The notes beneath the pieces are model-generated. The model had not been told where the DNA came from. It searched no databases and was given only the letters and a program-made list of their open reading frames with translations. Source: a virus (Duplodnaviria; Caudoviricetes). Taken from it: a DNA stretch of 64,000 bases. The stretch is taken from the IMG/VR virus record IMGVR_UViG_3300028197_000002. One strand, 5' to 3'. The position numbers and the translations under genes are program-made. This document shows positions 19,752-28,541 of this stretch, piece by piece; position 1 is the first letter of the stretch; every line of letters begins with the position of its first letter.

Positions 19752-20401
19752 ATTTAAGTAAAAACATATCTTTAGTGGCTATAGGTTCAACGAGAATCAA
19801 AGAAACTCATTTGGCAATTAGAAAATGTTGCTCTCTAGCTAAATTTTCTTCTGTTCTGTATTTTACAGATAAGAATAACATAGGGCATGACGACTGTGTT
19901 AAGTATATTGAAATTCCTAAAATAAAAAGCAAATTAGAATACCAGTCTTTTGTTGTTAAAGACTTTCCTAATTACGTTCTTCCTCATTTAAATAAGTCTC
20001 ATATTTTAAATATTAGTTGGGACGGTTTCATTGTTAATCCTAATGCTTGGAAAAATTATTTTTTGGAATTTGATTACATAGGAGCGCCTTGGGTAAAAGA
20101 AGCGAGTCCTATTTTAGCTGGACATTGTGGGAATGGTGGGTTTTGCTTGAAAAGCAGAAAGTTTTTAGAAGCTCAAGATTCTATAGAAGATCTTAGACAG
20201 TACACACCAGCAATAGAAAGGTATGAAGATGTTACTCTTTCTTTTCATTTCAGGAAGAAATTTGAAAGTTTAGGTTGTAGTTACGCTCCTGTTTTTGTTG
20301 GAAATGAATTTTCAACAGAGCATGGAAATTATGATAAACACAAATCTTTCGGTTTTCATAACTTAAGAATTAACAAGAAATTTGTCAATAAACTGCTTTA
20401 G
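19745..20401 (+). CDS. DUF5672-like putative glycosyltransferase
   Basis: WDGF, FDYIGAPW, GNGGFCLKS, EDV, FGFH. Confidence 0.8.
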   Translation: MLDLSKNISLVAIGSTRIKETHLAIRKCCSLAKFSSVLYFTDKNNIGHDDCVKYIEIPKIKSKLEYQSFVVKDFPNYVLPHLNKSHILNISWDGFIVNPNAWKNYFLEFDYIGAPWVKEASPILAGHCGNGGFCLKSRKFLEAQDSIEDLRQYTPAIERYEDVTLSFHFRKKFESLGCSYAPVFVGNEFSTEHGNYDKHKSFGFHNLRINKKFVNKLL

Positions 20402-20492
20402 CATATGGTAAAATTTAATTTTATTTAATTATATTTTAAGCATAAATACCTAGTGAACGATTTTGTTCTCACTTATCCATGGAGGAGTAAAT

Positions 20493-20675
20493 ATGAAATG
20501 TCGTAAACCTAATGGCGTATTGATCACATTGCCACAAAATTGCGCGTCCCTTAGCAAATGTGGTGGTTGGAAGTTTTTTTTAGCTAACTGCCCAAGGACG
20601 AACATGATGTGCTCATCACTTTCAGGCGCATGGGTTCCAGCTATTACAGTTTGTAACCAACAATTATACAGCTAA
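20493..20675 (+). CDS. 60-aa cysteine-rich peptide (6 Cys)
   Basis: GGAGGAG RBS upstream of ATG 20493 and own terminator downstream; no recognised family. Confidence 0.65.
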   Translation: MKCRKPNGVLITLPQNCASLSKCGGWKFFLANCPRTNMMCSSLSGAWVPAITVCNQQLYS

Positions 20676-20706
20676 TATTATTATTTTTTTTATAATATTT
20701 ATACTT

Positions 20707-20737
20707 AAGCCTTTGTAGCAATACAGAGGCTTTTTTT
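20707..20737 (+). terminator. Rho-independent terminator
   Basis: AAGCCTTTGTA-GCAA-TACAGAGGCTT stem (one G-U) followed by T run. Confidence 0.85.
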
Positions 20738-20979
20738 ATGTCAAATTACTTATTTAAACTTAGATGCTTGTTACAATACTCCTAATCGCGTTTGCCATTC
20801 CTAGTTATAGAGCATTATTCGCCTGTTAGAGAGCGTGTAAATTTAATTGAACTAAATCATGTCTATCATCCTAACGGCTCTACAAAGCTCCCTCAGTTCA
20901 TTTATAAGCGATTTAAAAAGACATGGAAGAGTATCTGTTGGAAATAGAGAACTTCTTTCTAAGATTATGAGGATTTCAA

Positions 20980-21804
20980 ATGAGAAAAATTAACGTCAGG
21001 GTTTCTTCTGGGCTGGGTGATAGGCTTTTGACATTGCTTTTTTATTATGTTAATTTTGGATCTGAAAATGAAATAAATATTTTTTGGGAAAAGAATAATT
21101 GTTTGAATTGTGATTATGATAAGCTTTTTAAAAATAAAGTAAAACTTTCATTTGGAAATGATAATCTATTTTCCTTACCTTCCGATGTTCCTGTTATAAG
21201 CAGAAAAAATTTAGTGATAAATTATTTAAAAAGTTTAAAAAAGCAGGATGTTCTTATAAAAGGAGAAGTGTTTGATAAAACTTCTGATTTTAAGAAGCTT
21301 GATTATAAAAAATACTTTAAAGAGATTCTTAGTCCTTCAGAGGACATTCAGTCTGCTGTCAATGAGTATATTAAAAATAATTTTAATTCAAAAATAATTG
21401 GGGTTCATTTCAGGGCGGCAGACAAACTTTGTCCCAAAACTTTATCTTTTTTTTCGCCTAAAAAATCTTTGTTCCAAATTTTAAAAGAATATGATTTGGC
21501 GATTAAGACTTTTTTGACCGATGATTGCAAAATTCTTCTAGCCACAGATGATTCAGGTCCTAGATCTCCGTGTTCATCTGATATTCAAAATTTAAAATTA
21601 AAAGATTATTTTAAAGAAAAATATGGAAATAAAGTAATCGAGTTTCCTTGTCGATCTCTTGCAAGAAACACTGAAGAGGGCATAATTGATGCTTTCCAAA
21701 CTTTGATTTTGTTGTCGAAATGTGATTGTTTTGTTGGTTCTTGTCGATCTAGTTTTTCAAAATTAATCTGCGTCAATTTTGACGATAGTTTCAAATTGGT
21801 TTAG
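20980..21804 (+). CDS. O-fucosyltransferase/NodZ-like GT-B protein
   Basis: SGLGDRL, GVHFRAAD, LLATDD, LILLSKCDCFVGS..SSFS. Confidence 0.7.
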   Translation: MRKINVRVSSGLGDRLLTLLFYYVNFGSENEINIFWEKNNCLNCDYDKLFKNKVKLSFGNDNLFSLPSDVPVISRKNLVINYLKSLKKQDVLIKGEVFDKTSDFKKLDYKKYFKEILSPSEDIQSAVNEYIKNNFNSKIIGVHFRAADKLCPKTLSFFSPKKSLFQILKEYDLAIKTFLTDDCKILLATDDSGPRSPCSSDIQNLKLKDYFKEKYGNKVIEFPCRSLARNTEEGIIDAFQTLILLSKCDCFVGSCRSSFSKLICVNFDDSFKLV

Positions 21805-21871
21805 TTTACTTGCTGTCTTTTTGTTCTATAATAAATTCGTTAAAATTAATTTCTAAATACTGGATGATTAA

Positions 21872-22507
21872 ATGAAGATACTATATCCCCCACACCCCCA
21901 CATCAGGATTTTAAAAAACAAATTAGATAATTATGAAATTGACGGAAAGTGGATTGCTCAAAGAAAATTTAATGGAACTAATGTTGTAGTAAACATTTCT
22001 AAACACGGGGAGATAGGCATTCTCACCAGACACGGAACTGCTCCTAAATTATTTTCTTTATCTCGATCTCACATTGATCAAATAAATTCTTTAAATTTTG
22101 AAAAAGGAAAAGAATATTGGTTAAACGGAGAGTTATTAGATCACAAGACTAAGAATCCAGCATATAAAAAGAAAATTGTTTTTTTTGATGTTTTATATGC
22201 TGGAAATTATTTGGTTCGTAAAATGAACCAAGATCAACGACTTCAATTATTAAGTAATATATGTAAAGATGCAAAAAATACAGAAAATGATATAGCTGCA
22301 AAATGTACTGAGGATATATGGACGGCTGAGAGTTGGAATCAAGATTTTAAATTTCACTTTGAAGAATTTATTGATAGAGATGAAATTGAAGGTTTGATTT
22401 TAAGGCGAAAAGACTCGTTCATTGATAACTTTGGATTTAAAGCACACGATGTTAATTGGATTGTAAAATGCAGAAAACCGCATTCAGGAGGAAATTATGA
22501 ATTTTAG
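21872..22507 (+). CDS. Stand-alone ATP-dependent ligase-type adenylation domain (RNA ligase/capping superfamily)
   Basis: Motif I QRKFNGTN, III NGELL, IIIa FFDVL, IV EGLILR, V VKCRK; no OB domain. Confidence 0.75.
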   Translation: MKILYPPHPHIRILKNKLDNYEIDGKWIAQRKFNGTNVVVNISKHGEIGILTRHGTAPKLFSLSRSHIDQINSLNFEKGKEYWLNGELLDHKTKNPAYKKKIVFFDVLYAGNYLVRKMNQDQRLQLLSNICKDAKNTENDIAAKCTEDIWTAESWNQDFKFHFEEFIDRDEIEGLILRRKDSFIDNFGFKAHDVNWIVKCRKPHSGGNYEF

Positions 22508-22535
22508 TTGACACACATTATAACTTCACTATAAT
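22508..22535 (+). promoter_or_regulatory. sigma70-type promoter
   Basis: TTGACA-16 bp-TATAAT upstream of 22580. Confidence 0.8.
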
Positions 22536-22579
22536 CATAACTTTTATAAAGTTAAAATTTTCTTTGCACGGAGGGTAAA

Positions 22580-23104
22580 ATGAAGAAAAAAATATCAATT
22601 AAATTAAAAAATAGTCCTAGTCCTAGTCCTAGCTCTAAGCCTCATCAGCCTCATCCCAATTCTCATCCCAATTCTCATGTTGAAGCTTTTGATCAAAATG
22701 CCTACTTGTTAAAGAAGATTAACAGGCATTTTTTGAAGCCTACTTTAAACTTGATTGAAAATGAAGGTTTAGACGAGAATGGCAACTGTCTTTTAACACT
22801 TGACGGTCTTTACATTATAAAAGAAGTTTTAAATCACATTGTTGATTTGAATTCAACTTCAAATATTGAAGGCATATTGACTTCTTTTGTTGAGGAAGAA
22901 GAAGTGGAAGAAGAAGTGGAAGTAGAAGTAGAAGAGGTTTTCGAAGAATTAGAAAACTACGAAGAAGATGATGATGAGAATGATAAAAATGAAAACAAGC
23001 AAGAAATTCGTTCAAGTAATGACTATGATGTTGAAGAATTAGATGAACTTGATGAACTTGATAATTATGTTGTAGACTCTGACGACGACTTCTATGAAGA
23101 ATGA
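22580..23104 (+). CDS. Hypothetical protein with acidic C-terminal tail
   Basis: GGAGG RBS; PSPSPS/HPNS repeats; Glu/Asp-rich tail. Confidence 0.7.
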   Translation: MKKKISIKLKNSPSPSPSSKPHQPHPNSHPNSHVEAFDQNAYLLKKINRHFLKPTLNLIENEGLDENGNCLLTLDGLYIIKEVLNHIVDLNSTSNIEGILTSFVEEEEVEEEVEVEVEEVFEELENYEEDDDENDKNENKQEIRSSNDYDVEELDELDELDNYVVDSDDDFYEE

Positions 23105-23110
23105 GAACAA

Positions 23111-24565
23111 ATGCCAAAAACAAAAACAAAGTCTGCTCACATATTAAGAGAGTTGCTGTCTAGCTCTAAATACAAAGAGGCTTTTGAATATGTTGATAAC
23201 CTTCAAGATGCTGAGTGTTACGAAATCATTGGAGATCATTTCTTTTATAGTTCAAGATCTGACCTTGCTGAAAAATTTTATTTAAAAGCTTCAGAGTTAG
23301 AACCACAAAATTCTCGTTATTTAAGTTCTTTAGGATCTTTTTATTTCAACACAAAAAAGTTTCAGTTTGCAGAATACTTTCATAAGAAATCTTTATTGTT
23401 CGATTCAGAAAATCCTAAAGCCTTATGCGACATTGGTTCTATTGAGCGTCAAAAAGGTCATTTTCAAAAAGCTAAAAGTTATTATGAAAAAATAATTTCT
23501 TTAGGGAAGGAAAATGAATTCGTTTATGCGAATATAGGAATTTTATATTTGTATTTGCATGATGTTAAAAAAGGAAAGCAATATCTTGAAAAAGCTTTGG
23601 AATTAAATCCTACAAATAAGACTATTAATTTTTATAATTCTTTTGCCTTGTTTAAATTGGGCGAGTATTCTGAAGCATTTAAATGTTACGAAGGACGCGA
23701 ATGGTTTAAAAAACCTCCCGGAGAAGAATGGGATGGTTCTGAAAATAGAAAAATAATGATCATGCCAGAGCAAGGTCTTGGAGACATGATTCAATTTTCT
23801 AGGTATGTAAAAAAAGCTAAAGAAATTTCAAAAGGCATAATTGTTCTTTGTCCTAAAGAGTTGTTTAGATTATTTGAGAATGTTGATGGAATTGATGAAA
23901 TAGTTGAGTTTAATGCGAATGACAGTTTTGATTCCTCTGATTCTGAGTCTTTTTCTTCTGATCAAGAAAATGCTTTGTATGATAATTTCACTAGGCTAAT
24001 GAGTCTTCCTAGAGTTTTAGATATTGACGTAGAGAAAGAATCTTCTTTTGATAATTTATTTAAAATAGATGAATCTAGCATTGAAAAATGGAAAAGTGTT
24101 TTAGACTCTGAAAACTCTAAGTTAAAGATTGGATTGTGCTGGAATAGCAACAGTGAAGGAGCGCAGCCAAGGTCTATAGATTTAAAAAAACTTGAGCCTA
24201 TTTTGAATTTGGATAATTGTGAGTTTTATTCTCTGCAAAAAAATGACAATGAGCAGTTGGAAGATTATCCAAATATAAAAGATTTCACGGACGAGTTTGA
24301 GGATTTTTATGACACTGCTGCTTTCATGGAAAACTTAGATTTAATTATAACTGTTGACACCTCTATTGTTCATTTAGCAGGATCATTAAGAAAAAAGACA
24401 TATTTGATTCTTAATGAATGGTGTTGTTGGCGTTGGTCTGACAAGTCAAATACTTTTTGGTATCCAGACGTGGAAATTTTTAGACAAAATGAATTAGGGG
24501 ATTGGAACGTTGTTGTTAAAGAGGTTGTTGATAAAATCAAAGGAGTTAATCAATGTGGTGTTTAG
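23111..24565 (+). CDS. TPR-repeat protein fused to GT9-like glycosyltransferase
   Basis: N-terminal TPR helices; EQGLGDMIQFSRY, FYSLQK, DFYDTAAFMENLDLIITVDTSIVHLAGSL, WYP. Confidence 0.88.
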   Translation: MPKTKTKSAHILRELLSSSKYKEAFEYVDNLQDAECYEIIGDHFFYSSRSDLAEKFYLKASELEPQNSRYLSSLGSFYFNTKKFQFAEYFHKKSLLFDSENPKALCDIGSIERQKGHFQKAKSYYEKIISLGKENEFVYANIGILYLYLHDVKKGKQYLEKALELNPTNKTINFYNSFALFKLGEYSEAFKCYEGREWFKKPPGEEWDGSENRKIMIMPEQGLGDMIQFSRYVKKAKEISKGIIVLCPKELFRLFENVDGIDEIVEFNANDSFDSSDSESFSSDQENALYDNFTRLMSLPRVLDIDVEKESSFDNLFKIDESSIEKWKSVLDSENSKLKIGLCWNSNSEGAQPRSIDLKKLEPILNLDNCEFYSLQKNDNEQLEDYPNIKDFTDEFEDFYDTAAFMENLDLIITVDTSIVHLAGSLRKKTYLILNEWCCWRWSDKSNTFWYPDVEIFRQNELGDWNVVVKEVVDKIKGVNQCGV

Positions 24566-24744
24566 AAACTATAAAAAAACTTAACGAAGCTGCCGCTAAA
24601 AGACACGAAGTAAATGAAAACGTATCTTTAGCTTTTAGAGATGTTGGAATAAATAGTAAAGTTAAAAAAAACAATTTAAAGCCCAAGTCTTTAGATGATT
24701 TAGTTTGCGTTACTAAATGCAAAAGTAGTTTTTGGAACGACTAA
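24553..24744 (+). CDS. Small hypothetical protein
   Basis: AGGAG RBS; sits between TPR-GT and tilS. Confidence 0.55.
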   Translation: MWCLETIKKLNEAAAKRHEVNENVSLAFRDVGINSKVKKNNLKPKSLDDLVCVTKCKSSFWND

Positions 24745-24751
24745 TTGAAAT

Positions 24752-25426
24752 ATGATAAAATTAAATAAAAAGATTGTTGATAAAACAACTTTCTATTATT
24801 GTGCTGTATCAATGGGAGTTGATAGTGTTGCTAGTTATTTGTATTTGAAAAACAAATCTTATAATATAGCTCCTGTTCATATAAATCATAATTTAAGACC
24901 TCAAAATGATTTGATGGAAGATAAGTATCGTGAATTATGTCTTCACACAGGGGACAAACCAAGGGTGTTTAAAGCGTCTTTTGAAACTATGAAAACGGAA
25001 TTAGATTTCAGAGGTTTTCGAATAGAAAGCTTTTCTAAACTCTCTGATCCATCTAAGGGTCTAATTAAACCTAATGTGATTACTGCTCATCATTTGAATG
25101 ATTGGGTTGAAAGCTATTTGCTTAATTGTCTTAGAGGTCATCCTAAGAATAGAGTAATGTCATTGGTTAGTGACTTCGCTGATTTTGAAATCACTCATCC
25201 TTTTCTTCTGACCAGAAAAAAAGATTTTAAAAGATATCTAGTTAGAAATAATTATTTAAAATTTGTTGTTGAAGATGAAACTAATAAAATTTTAAAAGGA
25301 AGTCGGAGAAATTGGATTAGGAATTTTTTAGTTCCAGAAATGAAAAAGCAAAAGCTTTCTTTAGAAAAACACGCAAAAAGAAGCATTACAAAATTGACAG
25401 AGGAGTTCGAATCAGTTAGGATTTAG
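24752..25426 (+). CDS. tilS: tRNA(Ile)-lysidine synthetase, minimal catalytic domain
   Basis: PP-loop AVSMGVDS, HINHNLR, TAHHLNDWVESYLLNCLRG, HPFL, DETN..RRNWIR; tRNA(CAU) starts 7 nt after the stop. Confidence 0.88.
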   Translation: MIKLNKKIVDKTTFYYCAVSMGVDSVASYLYLKNKSYNIAPVHINHNLRPQNDLMEDKYRELCLHTGDKPRVFKASFETMKTELDFRGFRIESFSKLSDPSKGLIKPNVITAHHLNDWVESYLLNCLRGHPKNRVMSLVSDFADFEITHPFLLTRKKDFKRYLVRNNYLKFVVEDETNKILKGSRRNWIRNFLVPEMKKQKLSLEKHAKRSITKLTEEFESVRI

Positions 25427-25432
25427 ATTCAT

Positions 25433-25505
25433 GGGGCGGTAGCTCAATGGTTAGAGCCGCAAACTCATAATTTGTTGGTTGGGGGTTCAAATCCCTCTCG
25501 CCCTA
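25433..25505 (+). tRNA. tRNA with CAT anticodon, probably tRNA-Ile2 (lysidine); no encoded CCA
   Basis: Full cloverleaf GGGGCGG/TCGCCCT, D arm GCTC/GAGC, loop CTCATAA (anticodon 25466-25468), T loop TTCAAAT. Ile2 rather than Met is inferred from adjacency to tilS. Confidence 0.92.
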
Positions 25506-25563
25506 CTTCTGCTTTTAGAAGAAAGTAGATATTCACCTTTTAATAGAAAGTTGGTTTTTCATA

Positions 25564-25725
25564 ATGAATAATAAAAGTTATTTTTTGATCGCGGCATTTG
25601 CTAGTTTTGGTCTTAGTGTTGGACTTTGGTTTCTAGGTAATCAAGAAGTTGCTAAAGATCAAGCCATTTTCGTTGGATTGTGGGTTCCTAGCATTTTGGC
25701 CCTAGGAGGCCTTTTACGTGAATGA
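25564..25725 (+). CDS. Small two-helix membrane protein
   Basis: MNNKSYFLIAAFASFGLSVGLWFLGNQEVAKDQAIFVGLWVPSILALGGLLRE, translated by hand (below ORF-track cutoff). Confidence 0.6.
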   Translation: MNNKSYFLIAAFASFGLSVGLWFLGNQEVAKDQAIFVGLWVPSILALGGLLRE

Positions 25726-26056
25726 TTTCACTTTGTTTCTTTGTGGCCTTGTAGTTGCTTTAGTTGCTGGATTAGGAGTAATCACAAGCGAAGTGTTTTT
25801 AGGCTACTCAAGATATCTTAAAAGCATACAAGACTATTATCGTAAAGAGCATGACAAAAAAAAGTCTAGCTTGAAAGAAAACTATGGAGATGTATGATGC
25901 AAAGTCGAAATTTATGCAATCTTATCTTGAGCTTGTAAAAAAAATTCAAATCAAGTTTGATTTGAGTGAAATAGAGGCAAAAGAAGTTTGTTTTATTGTT
26001 TCAGATTTTCTTCATAAAAATGAATCCTCATCAGATTAGGAGTTTGTTTGACAGTC

Positions 26057-27316
26057 ATGGATGTTATAAATTGGTCCTCAAATCAAATAAATGAATTAAA
26101 GAACCATAAAGGAAAAGGACTTCCAAAGATTGAAGGCAGAAGCAAGAATGCAATCTACAGAAAAATGCGTTCCCTTGGTCTTCAAGTCCAATGCAAACAA
26201 CCTAACTGGTCGGAAGAAGAGCTTGACATCATTTGTTCTTGTGATGGTTCCTACGTTCCTGAGATAAAAGGCAGGAGCGTTAGGGCCATCCGAATGAAAA
26301 TGAACAAAATGGGAATTTATGATTCTACTAGAGCTTTATATTGGACAGAGCAGGAAGTAGAAATTTTAAAAAATCATATAGAGAATAAAAACAAAGGTTT
26401 TCCTGTTATAAAAGGAAGAACCAAAGACGCTATTCGTAAAAAAGCTGAAGATCTAGAATTAAAAATAATTTCTTCTGATATCTGTGGCCGTCATCTCGCT
26501 TGGAGTAAGGATGAGCTTGCAAAGGTTCATCTTATTGCTCAAGGATTGAATGTTGAAATCAAAGGAAGATCTAAAGTTGCTATACGAAACAAAGTGAAGC
26601 AACTGAACTTAAAGAAAAATAGACTTTATGAGGTCTGGACCGAGCAAGAAATTTGTCTCTTAAAACAAAATAGGCCTATTACGGGTCGTAGTTTAAAAAG
26701 TATTAATAGAAAAAGAATAGATTTAGGGTTGCTAAAAAGAAAGCCAAGAAAGTCTTGGACTTTAAAAAATGAGAGAATTTTAAAAAGACTTGTAAGCAAA
26801 GGTTATTCTGCGGCGCAGATTCTTAAAATGGGAGTTTTGCCTAAGAAGTTTACAAGATACGCGATTCAGAAAAAAATGTGCCGATTAAATCTTTCTGAAA
26901 AAATGTCAAGTTATAAAAGGTTTTCAAAACATAGCCAATTGCTTTTCGAAAAGTTTTTGAAAAAAAATTGGGAAAACAAACTTCCTCAAGAACTTGCTAA
27001 CCAATGGAATGAATTAAATCCTAAAGAAAAAATCTCTAGCAGAAGAGTGATAAGATATCTTTCCAGATTAGAAATTAAGGTTTCTTCTTATGAGATGGGC
27101 AAAATAAGAAGGCAGAAAGAAAAAGAAGAAAAGATTATTAAATCATCATCTGATTTTAATTCAGCAAAGAAATTGAATGAAAAATTAAGATCTAATCGTG
27201 TTGAATTAATGCGAAAAAGATTTGAGCAAAATAAAAATATATGGACTGGATTGGATATGCACAATTATGAATTAGAAGCTTTTGGAGATTTTAAGCGATG
27301 TCTCAACAACGTTTGA
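26057..27316 (+). CDS. Protein with six tandem Myb/SANT-like HTH repeats
   Basis: Units W(S/T)xxExxxL...GR(S/T)xxAIRxK..LGL. Confidence 0.75.
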   Translation: MDVINWSSNQINELKNHKGKGLPKIEGRSKNAIYRKMRSLGLQVQCKQPNWSEEELDIICSCDGSYVPEIKGRSVRAIRMKMNKMGIYDSTRALYWTEQEVEILKNHIENKNKGFPVIKGRTKDAIRKKAEDLELKIISSDICGRHLAWSKDELAKVHLIAQGLNVEIKGRSKVAIRNKVKQLNLKKNRLYEVWTEQEICLLKQNRPITGRSLKSINRKRIDLGLLKRKPRKSWTLKNERILKRLVSKGYSAAQILKMGVLPKKFTRYAIQKKMCRLNLSEKMSSYKRFSKHSQLLFEKFLKKNWENKLPQELANQWNELNPKEKISSRRVIRYLSRLEIKVSSYEMGKIRRQKEKEEKIIKSSSDFNSAKKLNEKLRSNRVELMRKRFEQNKNIWTGLDMHNYELEAFGDFKRCLNNV

Positions 27317-27459
27317 ACCCAAGACCACCTCCTCAACTTGCCTTTGCAGGGGCTTTATTTGTCGGGTTTTGTATGTTTTTTCTTGGTTCTTTATTTGGTT
27401 TTATTTTAGGTCTTTTATTTTGATTTTTAGAAAAGTTAAAAAGTTATCATCATAATCAA

Positions 27460-27840
27460 ATGAAACTATATGAATACCAAGTATCTGAGAAATCAATACT
27501 CAAGAGAGGCACTCCCTTTCGGTGTTTCGCTGACTCTGGTCCTGTCTATCAAACTGAATCTGGTGAGATGCTGAACATGGCAGATAAAGGCCCCTTTGTT
27601 TTCTTATGGGCTGAACAAACCAATGAAATCACACTGATTCATGCCTTAGATCGTGGCGGTTTTCACTCAGTCCTTCACGTTGCTGGTACTAGAAAGCCCT
27701 CCATCGAAGGACTAATCCCTCGGCCCTATGTCATTAAGAACAGGGTAACTAAGCACTTGCATAAAGTGAAGGGACTTCGCAAGAAGTTGCCCAAAATAAA
27801 GAAAGGCAGGAAAAAGAAAGGTAGGAAGACCACTGAATAA
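27460..27840 (+). CDS. Hypothetical protein with basic C-terminus
   Basis: Clean ORF, visibly higher GC than its neighbours. Confidence 0.6.
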   Translation: MKLYEYQVSEKSILKRGTPFRCFADSGPVYQTESGEMLNMADKGPFVFLWAEQTNEITLIHALDRGGFHSVLHVAGTRKPSIEGLIPRPYVIKNRVTKHLHKVKGLRKKLPKIKKGRKKKGRKTTE

Positions 27841-27935
27841 GGTTCAAAAAAACAGCATCGCAGGACAAATACCTGCTCTCAATAATAATAAATTTTAAAT
27901 ATCTTTAATTTGTTTAAGTTTGTTATTATTATACA

Positions 27936-28268
27936 ATGAGTTTTATGAATGAAATAAACAATGGCGAGTTATGCAACGCTTTTGTTGTTAACAGCAGCAG
28001 AAATTCTTCTTATTCATCTTTTAAAATCATCACAATGAGAGAATTAGAGGATTTTGACGGAGGCACAGAAATAAGACATATTAAATCTAAAGAAGAGTTC
28101 CACTTGACAGAAGGCATATCTTTAGACAAGCCATTTTATAGAGTAACTGCTCGTTACAGAGAAGAATCTAGAGGCTCACGAACTATTGTAGATTTTTTTG
28201 ATGCAAAACAAGCAGTCTTATTTTTAGAAGAATTAACCGGCGTTCCAGTATATATTTATTCTTATTAG
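27936..28268 (+). CDS. Hypothetical protein
   Basis: ORF track. Confidence 0.6.
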   Translation: MSFMNEINNGELCNAFVVNSSRNSSYSSFKIITMRELEDFDGGTEIRHIKSKEEFHLTEGISLDKPFYRVTARYREESRGSRTIVDFFDAKQAVLFLEELTGVPVYIYSY

Positions 28269-28283
28269 TTAAAGAGAGGTTTT

Positions 28284-28493
28284 TTGGTGGCAAGTAATCC
28301 TAAGACGACTGTTCTTTTTTTTATTGGCATTTTAGTTTTTGCAATTGCGTTTTGTGTTCCTTTGATTTTAATATGGTCGTTAAACACTTTATTTTCCTTA
28401 AATATAGATTACACTTGGCAAACTTGGATTGCAGCAGCAATGCTAATAGTTTTTTTTGGACCCAAGTATTCTTCAAATACTAAGTCTTCGTGA
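28284..28493 (+). CDS. Small membrane protein
   Basis: Two hydrophobic segments; GAGG RBS before GTG. Confidence 0.55.
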   Translation: MVASNPKTTVLFFIGILVFAIAFCVPLILIWSLNTLFSLNIDYTWQTWIAAAMLIVFFGPKYSSNTKSS

Positions 28494-28541
28494 TATGCCC
28501 TGATTTCCATCCGATGCGTTGTTGAAAAGTTTTACACGGTA

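Noticed and set aside
1-21804. Eukaryotic giant-virus origin (glyco genes, LRR, Myb repeats)
   Set aside because: Shine-Dalgarno sites, sigma70 promoters, CsrA, TilS, ClpX and sigma factors point to a bacterial host
22905-23104. Glu/Asp-rich GAAGAAG repeats as a functional DNA repeat
   Set aside because: Simple low-complexity coding sequence of an acidic tail
24752-25426. QueC/TtcA/MnmA as alternative PP-loop identity
   Set aside because: HxxHxLR, TAHHxxDxxE..L..LxRG and DxxN..RNxIR are TilS-type; no QueC or TtcA Cys motifs
25433-25505. Initiator or elongator tRNA-Met assignment
   Set aside because: No three consecutive G-C pairs in the anticodon stem and no C1:A72 mismatch, so not initiator. 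Elongator Met cannot be fully excluded, but tilS adjacency favours Ile2
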